Of a DNA stretch of 64,000 bases, positions 61,725-64,000 are shown in pieces. The position numbers were made by a program, and so were the translations under genes. The notes beneath the pieces were generated by a model that did no database searches, was not told the origin of the DNA, and saw only the letters and a program-made list of their open reading frames with translations. This stretch comes from Tubiluchus corallicola (taxonomy: Eukaryota; Animalia; Priapulida), in assembly GCA_030141605.1 (NCBI GenBank), contig JAQGDQ010000914.1, positions 16,889-80,888 on the forward strand, in the 5' to 3' direction. Positions within the stretch are counted from its first letter, which is position 1; each line of letters starts with the position of its first letter.

Positions 61725-63989
61725 ATGAACTTGCTGCTGAGAAAATGCCTTCGAGTTCGAACCAAACCATTGATATCACAGCTGAGATGGAATTCCACGC
61801 AATCACTAATGCCCAGGACAGTTTCCCTGGGTGGAGGAGAAAAGGTAGGTCTCTGTGATACAGCATGTGAGCTTAATGTTATGTTTCGTAACATGATTTT
61901 GATCTGCATGAAAATAGTAACGGTATTCTTGGATTTTTATAGATATAATAGTGATAATTTGCTTAATTTTATTGCATTGATATTTAGTTATGATTTTGCA
62001 TGATGAGTTTTTGATTTTAGTTAGTTTTAGTTAAGTTTATTATTATCACATTCAGTACAATATAATGACATTAAGCACACAGTGACATCAAAATTATTAC
62101 ATCTACTGTATTAAATTGTTATGTTTCATACACTATCGTTATCATAAAAGAATAATTGTACTGCAGTGGGCTAGAGAAGCAAAGACTTGTATAAGCCCAC
62201 TGTCATGTGAACCCGATAAAAAAAGAATGGATGAATGAACAAAAAGGAAGAGTAGAAGGATGTGTTAGTGGAAATGGTAGGAAGAAAGATAATAGATTGT
62301 GCTATGTTGAATAAATTTACATAATTTTAATGTGTTCATAAAATGCATGATGTTTTTTTTGTTTTTAAATTTATTGAGTTTTTACTAAAATTCGAGTCAC
62401 ATACAAATTATATCATATTTAGCGTGCTAGTACGTAATTCAGAATTATTATAATTATTTGATCAGTGATCCTCGGCAGTGATCTGGGTTAACATAACTGA
62501 GTTGGGATGGCTGATTAGATAACGCATGTTCTTCACCACCCCTTCCCATTTGATTGGCCATATATGATAGTAAATCTTAGCTAATGTTATATGTTGACAT
62601 AGACAATAAATGCTTTGATTTGCTCTTTATCTATGACTAGAAAACTGTTTCCCTGGTATGTAACTAAAATATCGACGGTTCATTAAAAACATCGACGGAT
62701 ACCTTCTATCACTGCCAAATTAAATATGAAAAATCTACTTTTCTGGATATGTATTCATATTTTCACCTTTTATTGTGCCCATTTACTTTAAATGCCACTA
62801 GCCTTTTTAGGGATGGATTCTTTTAAAAATTAATAAAAAAAGAAAAAATAGTTAGGTTTACACAATAATCATAACCATTGCAGATCATGTAGCCAAAAAA
62901 TTTAATAACTTTCATTTTTTATTTGTGTTTACTAACCATTAAGACCGTGAAATAAGATTTTACGAAGCTGTAGTGCAATAATTCAAGCTTCTCATCGGTT
63001 TATGTACGAAACGAGTGCACAATTACTTGTGGTGTGTTAATAACACTAGGACTCAGATACATACATTTAGATATATTTGTGTAGTTTTTATATCGAAGGA
63101 AGCAGTCCGACTGCTTGTAGTGTATTAATTATGTGATACATTGTAGTTGTACTTGTTTGTTACTTGGCTCTTACATAAAAGTGGACTCAGTAACTACTTG
63201 TGGTGTGTTATAAAGTACATGTTCTATACGAATATGAAGTCATTTTGCGAGGAAGATAAGAATTTTTTAGCACTGGGCCCCTAAAATGTGGCTCCCCTCA
63301 AAATTTGGCGCCAACTTAGGCTACAACCTAGTTAGTGTATTGGTAAATGCACACCTACCTGGCATTTTCTCTTCTTAAACGTAGGTGAAAGGGTTGTTTT
63401 CAAAGGAAGAGATGGATCGGAGAATGCTTGGCCTCAGGTCTTACATGGAACAGAACCAACTTGAAGGAGTACTGCTGACGTCTATGCACAATATTAACTA
63501 TTATGCAGATTTCCTCTACTGCTCATTTGGTCGTCATTATGGACTCGTGGTAACTCCCACCAAATGTGTGCTTCTCTCTGCAAGTAGGTAAATTCCATGC
63601 ATAACTACCCATATTATGTTGCACAATCTTGCAGATTCTTTTAGTAAGCTTCCTTTTCAATGATTTGCAGGAGACGTGACTGTCTAGTTGAAGTTTTTAA
63701 GCCAGATGGAATTACGTAGTGGCTTCAGAATAACAATGATCTGTAGCCTCATTTTTTGCTTGTTGCTCATTTTCTATATTTAACAATAGACATAGATGGT
63801 GCTCAGCCGTGGAGACGTATTCCGCATCACTTTGACAATGTTGCATACACGGACTGGCAAAAAGATAACTTCTTTTTCTTGGTGCAGCAGCAATTGGGCG
63901 AGACGTCTGGCAAGATTGGCTTAGAAATGGATCACATGACTGTTGATTCACTGAAAAAGATCAACGAAGCATTACCTAATCAAGAAAAG
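61725..63989 (+). CDS. Creatinase (creatine amidinohydrolase, M24-family fold), 5' part; exons 61725-61844, 63385-63583, 63790-63989, continuing past the window
   Basis: Spliced translation MPRTVSLGGGEK|VKGLFSKEEMDRR...TSMHNINYYADFLYCSFGRHYGLVVT...SA|NIDGAQPWRR...YTDWQKDNF...IGLEMDH closely matches bacterial creatinase (HNINYYSDFLYCSFGRPY, SANIDGGQPWRR, YTDWQRDN). Arg-rich, acid-free N-terminal extension. Confidence 0.9.
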
Positions 63990-64000
63990 GTAATAAGTGA

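Overview
AT-rich, intron-rich animal genomic DNA, most likely an invertebrate (5S-like sequence, SINE and transposon types fit a lophotrochozoan or similar; taxon not provable from sequence). Six protein-coding loci were reconstructed by hand from splice signals. (1) A 3-exon POMK/SGK196-like secretory-pathway kinase (+, 125-5657). (2) A 5-exon, 375-aa gene made only of two tandem STING cyclic-dinucleotide-binding domains, with no TM, TIR or C-terminal tail (-, 11206-8367). It has a TATA box plus three kappaB-like sites upstream, and its stop codon overlaps the 5' end of a 5S rRNA-derived sequence. (3) An 18-exon NFXL1 (+, 16816-41023, 887 aa). (4) Cactin with an intronless CDS (-, 47341-44837). 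(5) A small orphan single-pass membrane protein (+, about 49361-53908). (6) The 5' part of a spliced, probably mitochondrially targeted bacterial-type creatinase (+, 61725 to window end). Introns and intergenic DNA carry many non-autonomous transposons (hAT-, Kolobok-, Tc1/pogo-like MITEs with readable TIRs and TSDs), a solo LTR with heat-shock elements, SINE/LINE/Gypsy remnants and mini/microsatellites. The best candidate for a novel system is the soluble single-chain double-STING protein, whose two halves have lost different ligand-pocket residues.
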